From Candidatus Hermodarchaeota archaeon (GTDB lineage Archaea > Asgardarchaeota > Lokiarchaeia > Sigyniarchaeales > SOKP01), in contig JBHLLO010000077.1 of the NCBI GenBank assembly GCA_048885535.1, forward strand, positions 1 to 14,204: a stretch of DNA of 14,204 nt, written 5' to 3'. Both the position numbers and the translations under genes were made by a program. The notes under the pieces were generated by a model. It had not been told where the DNA came from. It did not search any database and saw only the letters and a list, made by a program, of their open reading frames with translations. This document shows positions 1 to 8,597 of this stretch, piece by piece (positions within the stretch are counted from its first letter, which is position 1; each line of letters starts with the position of its first letter).

Positions 1-2
1 GT

Positions 3-3000
3 TATTATATAGATACCTATAGCGTTGGAGATTATGTTCGTTTTTATATCTCAATTTCAAACCTACAGAAAACTAAAACATATGAGATTGCATATACGCA
101 ATCAGCTACTTTAGGCGATGGAGATGCTGGGAGTATTAGTAATTTAGCTCAACAGTTCATGTCTACTGTTTCTCAAACAGATTTAATTTATTATATATCG
201 TCTGTACTAGATACAGACTATAGAAATTTTACTTTAATAGCTGGTATCAGATTTAACTGTGAAGATAATCTTGCCACACAATTTGATCTTGATGATTTTG
301 ATAGAGCAGTTATTAATTCAGTTAATTTAACTTTTACTTACGAAAAAACAATAGATCAGCTTTCTTCTATTTCTTTTGAACAAGTAGGAGATAGACCTAA
401 TGATCTTAGTAGTAATACTATTGTAGTTAATGAAGCAATTCTCAATTTTCAATATAAAATTAATGATACTTGGCCCACTGATTCTCCAAATTCAGAATTT
501 AGAATTTTAATTAATGGAATTCAACATTCAGAAACCGTTAAGCTAAGCAGTGCTATAACAACATTTAAAGATGCGAAAACTGGGGGATTCGATGTCACTT
601 ATTTAATAGACGAAAATAAAAACGTTAATCTTTCGCTTCAAGTCTATCTTGCAGATCAATTCAACTTAAATCGGATTATTAAGATTTCAATAGATAATGT
701 TTACCTTAATATTACATATACTGAGATTATTGAAGATATCGAAACAAGGAGCGAGCTATATCTAAATAGCGATAATAAAACTCTTGATCCTGTTATCTCA
801 ATTCCTTTAGGAGAAAGTTTGAATATAACAATAAAATATTTGGATAATGAAACAGGAAATCACATTTCAGGAGCAACAGTTAATTTAGAAGGGAAGGTTT
901 CTGGAGTTTTAACTGAAGATCCTGGCTCTGAACAATATTATAGGATCATTAATACAAATGATTTAGGAATAGGTGTTAAAACTCTAACTGTAGTGGCAGA
1001 AAAGTTAGATTATGAAACTAAAACCATTCCTTTTTTTGTCGAGGTAACTGAAAGAGAAACTGAATTACTTTTGTTTTTAGATGGTATTCCAAAAAATGAT
1101 GGTGATACTATCCAAGTAAAAGCCAATGAATTGATAAACGTGACAGTTTATTATAGAGATAATATAACCAAGCAATTTCTTAGTGGAGCAACTGTAACTT
1201 TATTAGGAATTGGAAATTTAGATGAAGCACCAGGACATTATAATTATACTATAGATACGGATGATTTGGGTCAAGGAATTACTGCTTTTACCGTTTTTGC
1301 ACAGTTAGAAGACTTTAAGCCTCAAAGCGTTCGATTTTTTGTTGAATTAATTGAAAGAGAAACTGAATTGCTATTATATTTAGATGATGTTCCAAAAAAT
1401 GATAAGGATAAAATTATAGTCAATATTGATGAATTCATAAATGTGACGGTATATTATAGAGATGATATAACCAAACAACTTCTTAGTGGTGCAACAATAA
1501 CTCTAGTGGGAATAGATAATCTAACAGAAACAGCTAGTTATTATAATATCACTATAAATACTAATGATCTAAATCCTGGAATTACTGTATTTACTATATT
1601 TGCGCAGTTGGCCAACTATCGCGCTCAAAGTATTCAATTTTTTGTTGAATTGGTTGAAAAAGACACAGAATTACTACTCTTTTTAAATGGGGTTCAAAAA
1701 GTTGATAAGGATAAAGTTGATATTCAAGTTGATGATACTATCAATGTGACGGTATATTATAGAGATGATATAACCAAACAACTTCTTAGTGGTGCAACAA
1801 TAACTCTAGTGGGAATAGATAATCTAACTGAAACAGCTAGTCATTATAATATAACCATCGATATAAATGACTTAGATCCTGGAATAACCGTTTTAACAAT
1901 TTTTGCACAATTAGATAATTACCAACCCCAAAGTATTCAATTTTTTGTTGAGATAGTAGAAAAGGAAACAGAATTACTTTTATTTTTGGATAGCAAACCA
2001 AAAAATGATGGTGATAAAATTCAAGTTGAAGTGAATGAATATATAAATGTAACAGTATATTATAGAGATAATGTAACAAAGCAGTTTCTTAACGGTGCAA
2101 CTGTTACTTTAGTAGGAAGAGGTGACTTTAGTGAAACAGGAGGGCATTATAATTTCACCGTAAACACCAATGATTTACTCCGAGGAATTACTGTTTTAAC
2201 AATATTTGCACAATTAGATAATTACCAACCTCAAAGTATTCAATTCTTTGTCGAAGTAGTCGAAAGGGATTCAAATTTAACACTATTTTTAGGAATTGAT
2301 GACATTACTCCTGATCCAGTCATAGAAGTATCAATTGGTGCTATACTAAATTTGATAGTGTTATATACTGATAATCAAACTGGTCTTCCTATTAGCGGAG
2401 GAACAGTGCAACTGATAGGGGAGGGTTTAGTGCTTAATTTCACAGCAGATATTGGTCAATATTATTTAATTCTTGATACACGTGATTTAGAGATTAGAGT
2501 AAATCTTTTTACTATTGTGGCTCAAGCAAACAACTTTCAAATTAAAACCATAGATTTAAGAATTACTGTTAACAGAATAAAGATAATGCCTAGTACATAT
2601 TCGGGAGAATCTTATCTAACTGGATTAGAAGGGGGTCAAGTAACACTACAAATTATATTAAATAACACAAGTTTACTTCCTTACGGAGAACTCATTAAAA
2701 ATGCGAATTTGACCTATTCATGGGATTATGGACAGGGAAGGTTCTTGGAAAATAATGGTATATATGAAGTAGATTTAGATCTAAATGTACCAGCGGGAAC
2801 ATATACTATAAGAATATATGTTCAAGATGAGTTTACCGATTATGTTTTTGAATATAATTCTGAAAATGGTCATGTGATATCATTGATTGTCAATGCAAGA
2901 CAAGGGTTAGATTTGACATTGTTACTCATTATTTTGTCTGCTGGTATAATAGGTCTTGTAACAGCTTTTGGTTTATATCAGAAACACTATAAGTATCCTC

Positions 3001-3197
3001 CATTGGTGAGAAAATTAAGAAAATTAAGGAAACAGATTAAAAAGGGGAAGAAAGTAAAACCAAAAGGATTTAGTAATCGAGAAAATATAACAAAGGAACT
3101 TTTTGAGGGGCAATTCCAGGAATTAAAACCAATAAAGTCTGAAAAAGGTTTCAAAGTCCAAGAAAATCCTAAAATTGAACAAAAAGGAGGATTTTAA
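3..3197 (+). CDS. Large membrane-anchored cell-surface glycoprotein with tandem beta-rich (Ig-like) repeats; 5'-partial
   Basis: The frame is open from base 3 (YYIDTYSVGDYVRF...), so ATG 159 is probably internal. It has about 6-7 beta-rich repeats of ~100 aa and many N-x-T/S sequons. A single C-terminal hydrophobic helix (LTLLLIILSAGIIGLVTAFGLY, ~2913-2978) is followed by a basic tail (YPPLVRKLRKLRKQIKKGKK). Confidence 0.88.
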   Translation, partial: YYIDTYSVGDYVRFYISISNLQKTKTYEIAYTQSATLGDGDAGSISNLAQQFMSTVSQTDLIYYISSVLDTDYRNFTLIAGIRFNCEDNLATQFDLDDFDRAVINSVNLTFTYEKTIDQLSSISFEQVGDRPNDLSSNTIVVNEAILNFQYKINDTWPTDSPNSEFRILINGIQHSETVKLSSAITTFKDAKTGGFDVTYLIDENKNVNLSLQVYLADQFNLNRIIKISIDNVYLNITYTEIIEDIETRSELYLNSDNKTLDPVISIPLGESLNITIKYLDNETGNHISGATVNLEGKVSGVLTEDPGSEQYYRIINTNDLGIGVKTLTVVAEKLDYETKTIPFFVEVTERETELLLFLDGIPKNDGDTIQVKANELINVTVYYRDNITKQFLSGATVTLLGIGNLDEAPGHYNYTIDTDDLGQGITAFTVFAQLEDFKPQSVRFFVELIERETELLLYLDDVPKNDKDKIIVNIDEFINVTVYYRDDITKQLLSGATITLVGIDNLTETASYYNITINTNDLNPGITVFTIFAQLANYRAQSIQFFVELVEKDTELLLFLNGVQKVDKDKVDIQVDDTINVTVYYRDDITKQLLSGATITLVGIDNLTETASHYNITIDINDLDPGITVLTIFAQLDNYQPQSIQFFVEIVEKETELLLFLDSKPKNDGDKIQVEVNEYINVTVYYRDNVTKQFLNGATVTLVGRGDFSETGGHYNFTVNTNDLLRGITVLTIFAQLDNYQPQSIQFFVEVVERDSNLTLFLGIDDITPDPVIEVSIGAILNLIVLYTDNQTGLPISGGTVQLIGEGLVLNFTADIGQYYLILDTRDLEIRVNLFTIVAQANNFQIKTIDLRITVNRIKIMPSTYSGESYLTGLEGGQVTLQIILNNTSLLPYGELIKNANLTYSWDYGQGRFLENNGIYEVDLDLNVPAGTYTIRIYVQDEFTDYVFEYNSENGHVISLIVNARQGLDLTLLLIILSAGIIGLVTAFGLYQKHYKYPPLVRKLRKLRKQIKKGKKVKPKGFSNRENITKELFEGQFQELKPIKSEKGFKVQENPKIEQKGGF
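1050..2261 (+). repeat. Four intragenic tandem repeats of 303 nt (101 aa), with more diverged copies on both sides (~741-1049, 2262-~2570)
   Basis: Units start E(R/K)(E/D)TELLL at 1050, 1353, 1656 and 1959; the next unit (ERDSNLTL) starts at 2262. Shared motifs are INVTVYYRD.(I/V)TKQ.L.GAT, YN.T(I/V) and GIT..T.FAQL....QS..FFVE. Bases 1440-1525 and 1743-1828 are identical. Confidence 0.95.
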
Positions 3198-4325
3198 ATG
3201 CCAAAGGGATTAATAATAACAGAATGGTCAGAAGATAAAGGGTTGTTCGCTAAATTTAGCTTCCCAGACACCTTAATTGTTGATTTAGATGACATGATGA
3301 GGATATTCTATGCACATATCACTGGTGCGGGAGAGGCAGGTAAGGTTTTAGTCAGATTAGAAAAATCTCGTGCTAATGTTTCAAGTTACTTTACGGGAAT
3401 GGAATCTGAGGTACCATATATGATAAACTTAATGTTAGATTTAGGTGAAGATCCAGAAATATTTGGTGAAATGATAATTTCTCAAATAAATCAAAATATC
3501 TTATTATACTTAAAACGAATGAATCAATATCCAAATGAAATCTATGAAATTAATAAAGAGTTAACTAATTACGTAAAAAATTCATTATCATTTTTAGAAC
3601 GCCTAAAAAGTTTAACTAAAGAACAAATAATGGCTCAAATTTACACGAGTGAAAGAGGTAGAGTTATATTAGAGATCTTACAAGAGTTTTCATTAACAAA
3701 AAAAGAATTACAAAATTTACTTGAAATAAAAACTGGAAGATTTATAGCAAATCTCGATAATTCACTTGATCCTTTTGTAAAAACTGATCTAGTTAGACAG
3801 GATTGGATTGAAGGTGATTCCGATATATCTTTATTTCTCCTTTCAGATTTCATTATCATGAGATCTCCTGCCAACAAGTTAATTGAAGATGCTAAAAAGG
3901 GATTACCCAATCCTTATTTAGCTAGAAAGTATCTTGAGTCTGTAACAAACTTTTTCTCAAGTTACGAAGTTAAATTTGACGATAATTTGAAAATTGCATC
4001 CCATATGATTAATCCAGACATATTTGATTATATTATCCTTCTCAGAGAAAAACCGTACCCCATTAATAAATTTCCTAAAGGTCCTGGAGAAAGTTTTGAG
4101 CAAGTAAAGGCTTTCGTAAACACTTTAGAAAGGGATAATGTTATTGTAACTCTGGAGGGTGAAGATAATATGATATGGATTTTCTTATTAACTGATTTAA
4201 TCGCTAAGACTTTCTTTCCAGAATATTTGATTGATAATATTGGAAAAGCATTTGCAGAGAACAAAATAAAAAAGAAAACTGCAATTAAACATTTAGAACT
4301 CCTTGAACAAATTTATAAGAAATAA
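3198..4325 (+). CDS. Hypothetical protein: N-terminal longin/uDENN-like domain plus two winged-helix-like domains
   Basis: 375-aa ORF whose ATG directly abuts the upstream TAA, with GGAGGA just upstream. The N-terminus (GLIITEWSEDKGLFAKFSFP...helix...VLVRL/VSSYF/MINLML...helix) follows the longin beta-beta-alpha-beta-beta-beta-alpha pattern. RVILEILQEFSLTKKELQNLL...LDPFVKTDLVRQDW and a second similar segment look like wH domains. The CDS is secure; the fold is inferred. Confidence 0.7.
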   Translation: MPKGLIITEWSEDKGLFAKFSFPDTLIVDLDDMMRIFYAHITGAGEAGKVLVRLEKSRANVSSYFTGMESEVPYMINLMLDLGEDPEIFGEMIISQINQNILLYLKRMNQYPNEIYEINKELTNYVKNSLSFLERLKSLTKEQIMAQIYTSERGRVILEILQEFSLTKKELQNLLEIKTGRFIANLDNSLDPFVKTDLVRQDWIEGDSDISLFLLSDFIIMRSPANKLIEDAKKGLPNPYLARKYLESVTNFFSSYEVKFDDNLKIASHMINPDIFDYIILLREKPYPINKFPKGPGESFEQVKAFVNTLERDNVIVTLEGEDNMIWIFLLTDLIAKTFFPEYLIDNIGKAFAENKIKKKTAIKHLELLEQIYKK

Positions 4326-4349
4326 TTATTTTTGGTGTACCTAAAAAAA

Positions 4350-6296
4350 ATGTCTTTAAAAGAAGATGAATTTAAATCAACTAAACAGGTTCTAGAATTA
4401 ATTGGATTAAGCCAGGAGGAGGTTAATACATATTTTCATCTAACTGGCAGAGGTCCAGTTTTAACTGGAGAAATTGCTCTTTTAATTAATGTTTCTGAAG
4501 AAAAAGCAGCTCAAATAGCCAAAAATTTACTTAACAAAGGTTTAGTAAGAGAAGTTCCCGGGAAAACACCATTCTATGTTGCTCTACCACCTTATACAGC
4601 CTTATTAAACCAAATCGGGCAATTTAAGAACGTTGTAAAAGGGATTCGAGAAACTACTCCTAAAACTTTAGAATTGAAATTTCATGAAATTGAAGAGCAA
4701 TCAGCTAAACTCGGAAAGTTAAATGAATATCGTAATTATATTCATATGATGAAGGAGAATCTACCTGCTCAATTAAAAATTCAATTTAGTAGAATAGAAA
4801 AAGAGTTAGAGAGTGTGAAGAAATTTCAAGAAATCCGGAGTTTTATATTAAATCTGCGAGAGATAGTCCCCGATGAAATCATAAAGGAATTTGGATTAGT
4901 TGAAGATCGGTTAGAAAAGATGAAAGCAGAGATTTCAGATGCTTTTGAAAAACAATTTCGAATTGGGGCATTAAAAAGTATGGCAGAAAAAATAGTATCA
5001 CGAATCATTTCAGAACAGTTCATAGATTTAACTGATTATTTTAAAGAAAAGTTTGTAAAGGCAATTGAAAATACTCTTGATCAAGTAACTAATCAGCTTG
5101 CAACAATTTCTGATGCTGCAGGAGAGATGACTACAGATCTGGGAGATACTTTCACTGATATTGAAGGAAGATTAAGAGATACTTTAGAAGATTTAGATAA
5201 ACGTATTTCTTCAGTCTATGAGGATGTAGACAAGGGTATTGAAGAGTTAAAACAAATGTTCCAAAAAGAGATATATAATACTCTTGAAGAAGATATAATG
5301 CTAAGTATTATTAAGCAACTAGATTTATCAGAAGATACCATGACAGAATTTTTTGAGCGATCAAAGAGAGCTTCGATGTTATCATATAGAGATGTTTGGT
5401 TTGTAAGAAGTATTGAAGGAATGAAAGCACAAATCAATGAAACTTTAACACGTGTAAAAATGAGAGTCCATATAATTGCACCTAGTTTAGATGATATAGA
5501 TATTGTTGCAATCTCAAATGTAAAGAAACATATAAACGTGAGAATATCAACTAATTTTGATTGGAATAATAATAATCATAAAAATATACTTGCTCAAATC
5601 TTAAAATATCCTAATATAAGTATCCGTCATTATCCGCGAGAAAACATATATGCAATCAACCGCGATTTTGAAGAATTGGTTGTATGTGCAGTGTCAAAAA
5701 CAGAATTAGAAGATTTTGAGATAGCCGGAATGGGTTCCATAATCGAAGAGCATGTTAAATTATTCGCTGGCGTTCTTGAGGAGGTTTGGATGCAAGCAAA
5801 GAAAGTTAGTGATGAAGAAATTAAGTATGCTTTAGGGGCAGATTTTCAATTACCTGCACAAAAAGAAGTTAAACCTGTTATCCCCAAAACCACACCCAAG
5901 CCTGTAACTCAATTAAAACCAGAACCATCATATATACCAAAAAAAGTTGAACCACTTAAACAAAAACCTCAAGTTGAAAAAAAACCTCAAATGAAATCTA
6001 AACCCGCTATTGAAGTTCCTAAATCGGGTCCTATAGATTTAGCAGGAAAGTCCATCTTAGAACTATTTACTGAAGTTATAAATAATTTAGATAAGAAAGT
6101 AGGTACTGAAATTTCTTCTGATATTGAATTAATCCGGAATAAGCTTGTGGAAGAAAAAGGATATTCATCAGTCTTAGGACAAATGAGTATTACAATAGCT
6201 TCTCTAAAAATAACCCCTAAATTACTTACTAAATTTGAAATAGAGGAAACCAAGAAAAAGATTCAATTTTGGATGAAAAAGTTAAATATAAAATAA
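4350..6296 (+). CDS. TrmB-like protein: N-terminal wHTH, long helical/coiled-coil insertion, TrmB effector (PLD-like) domain, Pro/Lys linker, C-terminal helical domain
   Basis: LELIGLSQEEVNTYFHLTGRGPVLTGEIA...LLNKGLVREVPGKTPFYVALPP is a TrmB-type wHTH. VWFVRSIEGMKAQINETLTRVKMRVHIIAP...INRDFEELVV...LEEVWMQAK matches the TrmB middle domain. ATG 4350 is preferred over TTG 4332. Confidence 0.8.
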   Translation: MSLKEDEFKSTKQVLELIGLSQEEVNTYFHLTGRGPVLTGEIALLINVSEEKAAQIAKNLLNKGLVREVPGKTPFYVALPPYTALLNQIGQFKNVVKGIRETTPKTLELKFHEIEEQSAKLGKLNEYRNYIHMMKENLPAQLKIQFSRIEKELESVKKFQEIRSFILNLREIVPDEIIKEFGLVEDRLEKMKAEISDAFEKQFRIGALKSMAEKIVSRIISEQFIDLTDYFKEKFVKAIENTLDQVTNQLATISDAAGEMTTDLGDTFTDIEGRLRDTLEDLDKRISSVYEDVDKGIEELKQMFQKEIYNTLEEDIMLSIIKQLDLSEDTMTEFFERSKRASMLSYRDVWFVRSIEGMKAQINETLTRVKMRVHIIAPSLDDIDIVAISNVKKHINVRISTNFDWNNNNHKNILAQILKYPNISIRHYPRENIYAINRDFEELVVCAVSKTELEDFEIAGMGSIIEEHVKLFAGVLEEVWMQAKKVSDEEIKYALGADFQLPAQKEVKPVIPKTTPKPVTQLKPEPSYIPKKVEPLKQKPQVEKKPQMKSKPAIEVPKSGPIDLAGKSILELFTEVINNLDKKVGTEISSDIELIRNKLVEEKGYSSVLGQMSITIASLKITPKLLTKFEIEETKKKIQFWMKKLNIK

Positions 6297-6309
6297 AACC
6301 TTAAACTTC

Positions 6310-6330
6310 AACTTTTTTTAAAAATTTTAA
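6310..6330 (+). terminator. Putative archaeal oligo-T terminator
   Basis: A T7 tract lies about 16 nt after the stop at 6296. Confidence 0.35.
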
Positions 6331-6387
6331 TAAATTAAAACCATTTTCATTTTATATCTATTTATTTTAAATATTAAACAAGATTAA

Positions 6388-7842
6388 ATGAATACTATTT
6401 TAATTTACCCCCAACTTGAATTCACTGGAACACAGATTCCTACTCCTCCTTATTCGATTTTGTTTATTGCAGATTATTTAATCAGCAAAAAAATTGATGT
6501 TCAAGTCTATGACTTGCGATTTGACTCTACATCGAAGGTGATAAGTGCTATATCGGATAAAGGACCAAAGTATATTGGTATATCTGTAATGACAGGACCA
6601 CAAATTAATCATGCGCTTAATATTAGTAATTTAATTAAGGAAGAGTTTAATAATGTTAAAATAGTATGGGGAGGTGTTCATCCTACAATTGTTCCCACCC
6701 AAACTCTTCATAATAGGGCAATAGATTTCGTCATTCGACGAGAAGGTGAGAAATCTTTTTATGAACTCATAACTGGAAAAAATCTAAATCAAATTGAAGG
6801 GCTTTCATTTAAAAAGGATAAGAAAATATATCATAATCCTGATTCTGATTTACTGAATAGTGCAGAATTAAACTCTTTAAGTGTTCCTTGGAATCTAATA
6901 AATCCAAAACACTATGTAAAAAGTGGAACTTACATAAGCATTACTAGTCGAGGTTGTCCTTACCGATGTGCTTTTTGCTATAATACTCTTTTAAATAATG
7001 TATGGAGAGGATGGACAACTGATAAATGTATCGAGGAACTAGATAAGGTTTTAGATTTTGGTGTAAAGAATATAATTTTCTACGATGATAACTTTTTTGC
7101 AGATCTTAAACGAGTGAAAACACTTTTTAACTATTTTAAAGAGAAGGAAATAGCATGGAAAGCAGAATTACGTGTCGATAGATTAAATTATTCATTAGCT
7201 AAAGAAGCAAAAGAACATGGTTGTAGTCAAATGTACTTTGGAGCAGAATCAGGGTCACAGAGAATATTAAATGTATTAAACAAAAATATTTCAATAAAAA
7301 ATATAATAAGAAGTGCTAGAATTACTAAGGCTTTAGGAATTAAGGCAGATTATAGTTGGATGATTGGAATTCCAAGTGAAACTAAGAAAGACATCAAAAA
7401 GACTCTAGTTTTAATCAAAAAGACTAAAGAGATTAACCCTGATTGTGAATTTTCTGTAAAAATACTCTTCCCTTATCCTAATACTCCAATTTATGATAAA
7501 GCAATACGCATGGGATTTAATCCACCATCTAATCTCGTTGATTGGGGAAAAATTCGAAGGGAAAGGGCTCAAAGGTATTTGAAGCATAGAAAATTACTTG
7601 AAATGATCTCAATTACTAGCGCAATTGTTGGTAAAAAAGTTTTTGAACAAGAAAATGTACCAATATTTAAACTAATTAAAACCCCAGCAAAAATTAGATG
7701 GAAAAAAGAATTTTTCGGCGCAGGAATTGAAAACATCTTATTTAAAATCTTTCGAAATATTATTGAAAAAAGAATTAGTAGTAAAGAATCTAAAGAATAT
7801 GACCCTTTTTCTCAAAAGTTTATATTTAAGAAGCAGAATTAG
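6388..7842 (+). CDS. Cobalamin (B12)-binding domain radical SAM protein (class B methyltransferase/BchE-like)
   Basis: N-terminal B12-binding motifs (PPYSILFIADYL, IGISVMTG, IVWGGVHPT, DFVIRREGE), then TSRGCPYRCAFC (CxxxCxxC), FYDDNFF, FGAESGSQRIL, MIGIPSET and PYPNTPIY. Substrate unknown. Confidence 0.93.
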   Translation: MNTILIYPQLEFTGTQIPTPPYSILFIADYLISKKIDVQVYDLRFDSTSKVISAISDKGPKYIGISVMTGPQINHALNISNLIKEEFNNVKIVWGGVHPTIVPTQTLHNRAIDFVIRREGEKSFYELITGKNLNQIEGLSFKKDKKIYHNPDSDLLNSAELNSLSVPWNLINPKHYVKSGTYISITSRGCPYRCAFCYNTLLNNVWRGWTTDKCIEELDKVLDFGVKNIIFYDDNFFADLKRVKTLFNYFKEKEIAWKAELRVDRLNYSLAKEAKEHGCSQMYFGAESGSQRILNVLNKNISIKNIIRSARITKALGIKADYSWMIGIPSETKKDIKKTLVLIKKTKEINPDCEFSVKILFPYPNTPIYDKAIRMGFNPPSNLVDWGKIRRERAQRYLKHRKLLEMISITSAIVGKKVFEQENVPIFKLIKTPAKIRWKKEFFGAGIENILFKIFRNIIEKRISSKESKEYDPFSQKFIFKKQN

Positions 7843-7897
7843 ATACTCTTACAAATTATGGGATAAATTAAAAAAAATAAGATAATATTTAGATATT

Positions 7898-8383
7898 TTA
7901 AATTCTCGAGTCACTCGTAGCAGGAACAGTTTCTACTCTATTTCGGTTATAGATTTCAGAAAATATATTAAAGAAATCTGCTTGTCTTTGCCTAAAATGA
8001 ACTTTTTCCTCATGTTTGTTTTGCTGCAATATTAGTAGCCATTTCTTCAATTTGGGATTACCTTTTTTATCGGGTTTATATTGACCTTCCTTAGTACGTA
8101 CGACGACCCATAAAATTATCACTCCTGGTTTCTTTTCCTGTATATTCTGCACATCGTGCCATCGGACCCACTTACTTTTTCCCATAGACATATATGAACC
8201 TCTCATATATGTAACATGAATCCTCCAGGCAAACCCATTGTCAGTCACTACTAAAAAACCATTCTCTTTACTAAGTCTGCATTTTGAAGTAATTATTGGG
8301 TCACCTACATCATCTTGACCCATCATTTTATCATACTTTTCAACTCTATCTTCAGAAACCTCCCAACCTTCCATTATTGGCAT
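7898..8383 (-). CDS. Hypothetical protein, probable PH-like (bPH/GRAM-type) fold
   Basis: 161-aa ORF. GFLVVTDNGFAW ... VRWHDVQNIQEKK, further beta strands and a C-terminal amphipathic helix (DFFNIFSEIYNR) match the PH-superfold pattern. Confidence 0.65.
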   Translation of the reverse strand: MPIMEGWEVSEDRVEKYDKMMGQDDVGDPIITSKCRLSKENGFLVVTDNGFAWRIHVTYMRGSYMSMGKSKWVRWHDVQNIQEKKPGVIILWVVVRTKEGQYKPDKKGNPKLKKWLLILQQNKHEEKVHFRQRQADFFNIFSEIYNRNRVETVPATSDSRI

Positions 8384-8597
8384 ACAAAATCACGTTCTTT
8401 ATTTTTAGAATAATTGGATTTAACTTTTTATTTTTAAAAAATGAATTTTTTGGATAATAATAATTATGTTATATGCTATATTTAATTGTTTTTGATTTCA
8501 ATACAAAAATATTAACATTATTCAAGAATTAATAAGAAATCAATATTGATTATTATATGAAATCAATATTAAATATTATTTTCAAGTCTCTAAAACA

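Noticed and set aside
159-161. ATG 159 as the start of the surface protein
   Set aside because: The frame is open back to base 3 and no signal peptide follows this Met, so the real start is upstream of the window.
1440-1828. Identical 86-nt blocks as a DGR template/variable repeat pair or a CRISPR-like array
   Set aside because: Both copies are in-frame parts of a 303-nt coding repeat. There is no adenine-specific mismatch pattern, no reverse transcriptase or cas gene, and no spacers.
5391-5810. Active phospholipase D/nuclease domain (defence system)
   Set aside because: There is no HxKxxxxD motif; the segment fits the non-catalytic TrmB effector-binding domain.
1837-6253. Minus-strand ORFs 1837-2079, 3641-3910, 4028-4264, 4826-5023, 5216-5437 and 5987-6253
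   Set aside because: They are antisense shadows lying fully inside long, well-supported plus-strand genes, with no recognisable motifs.
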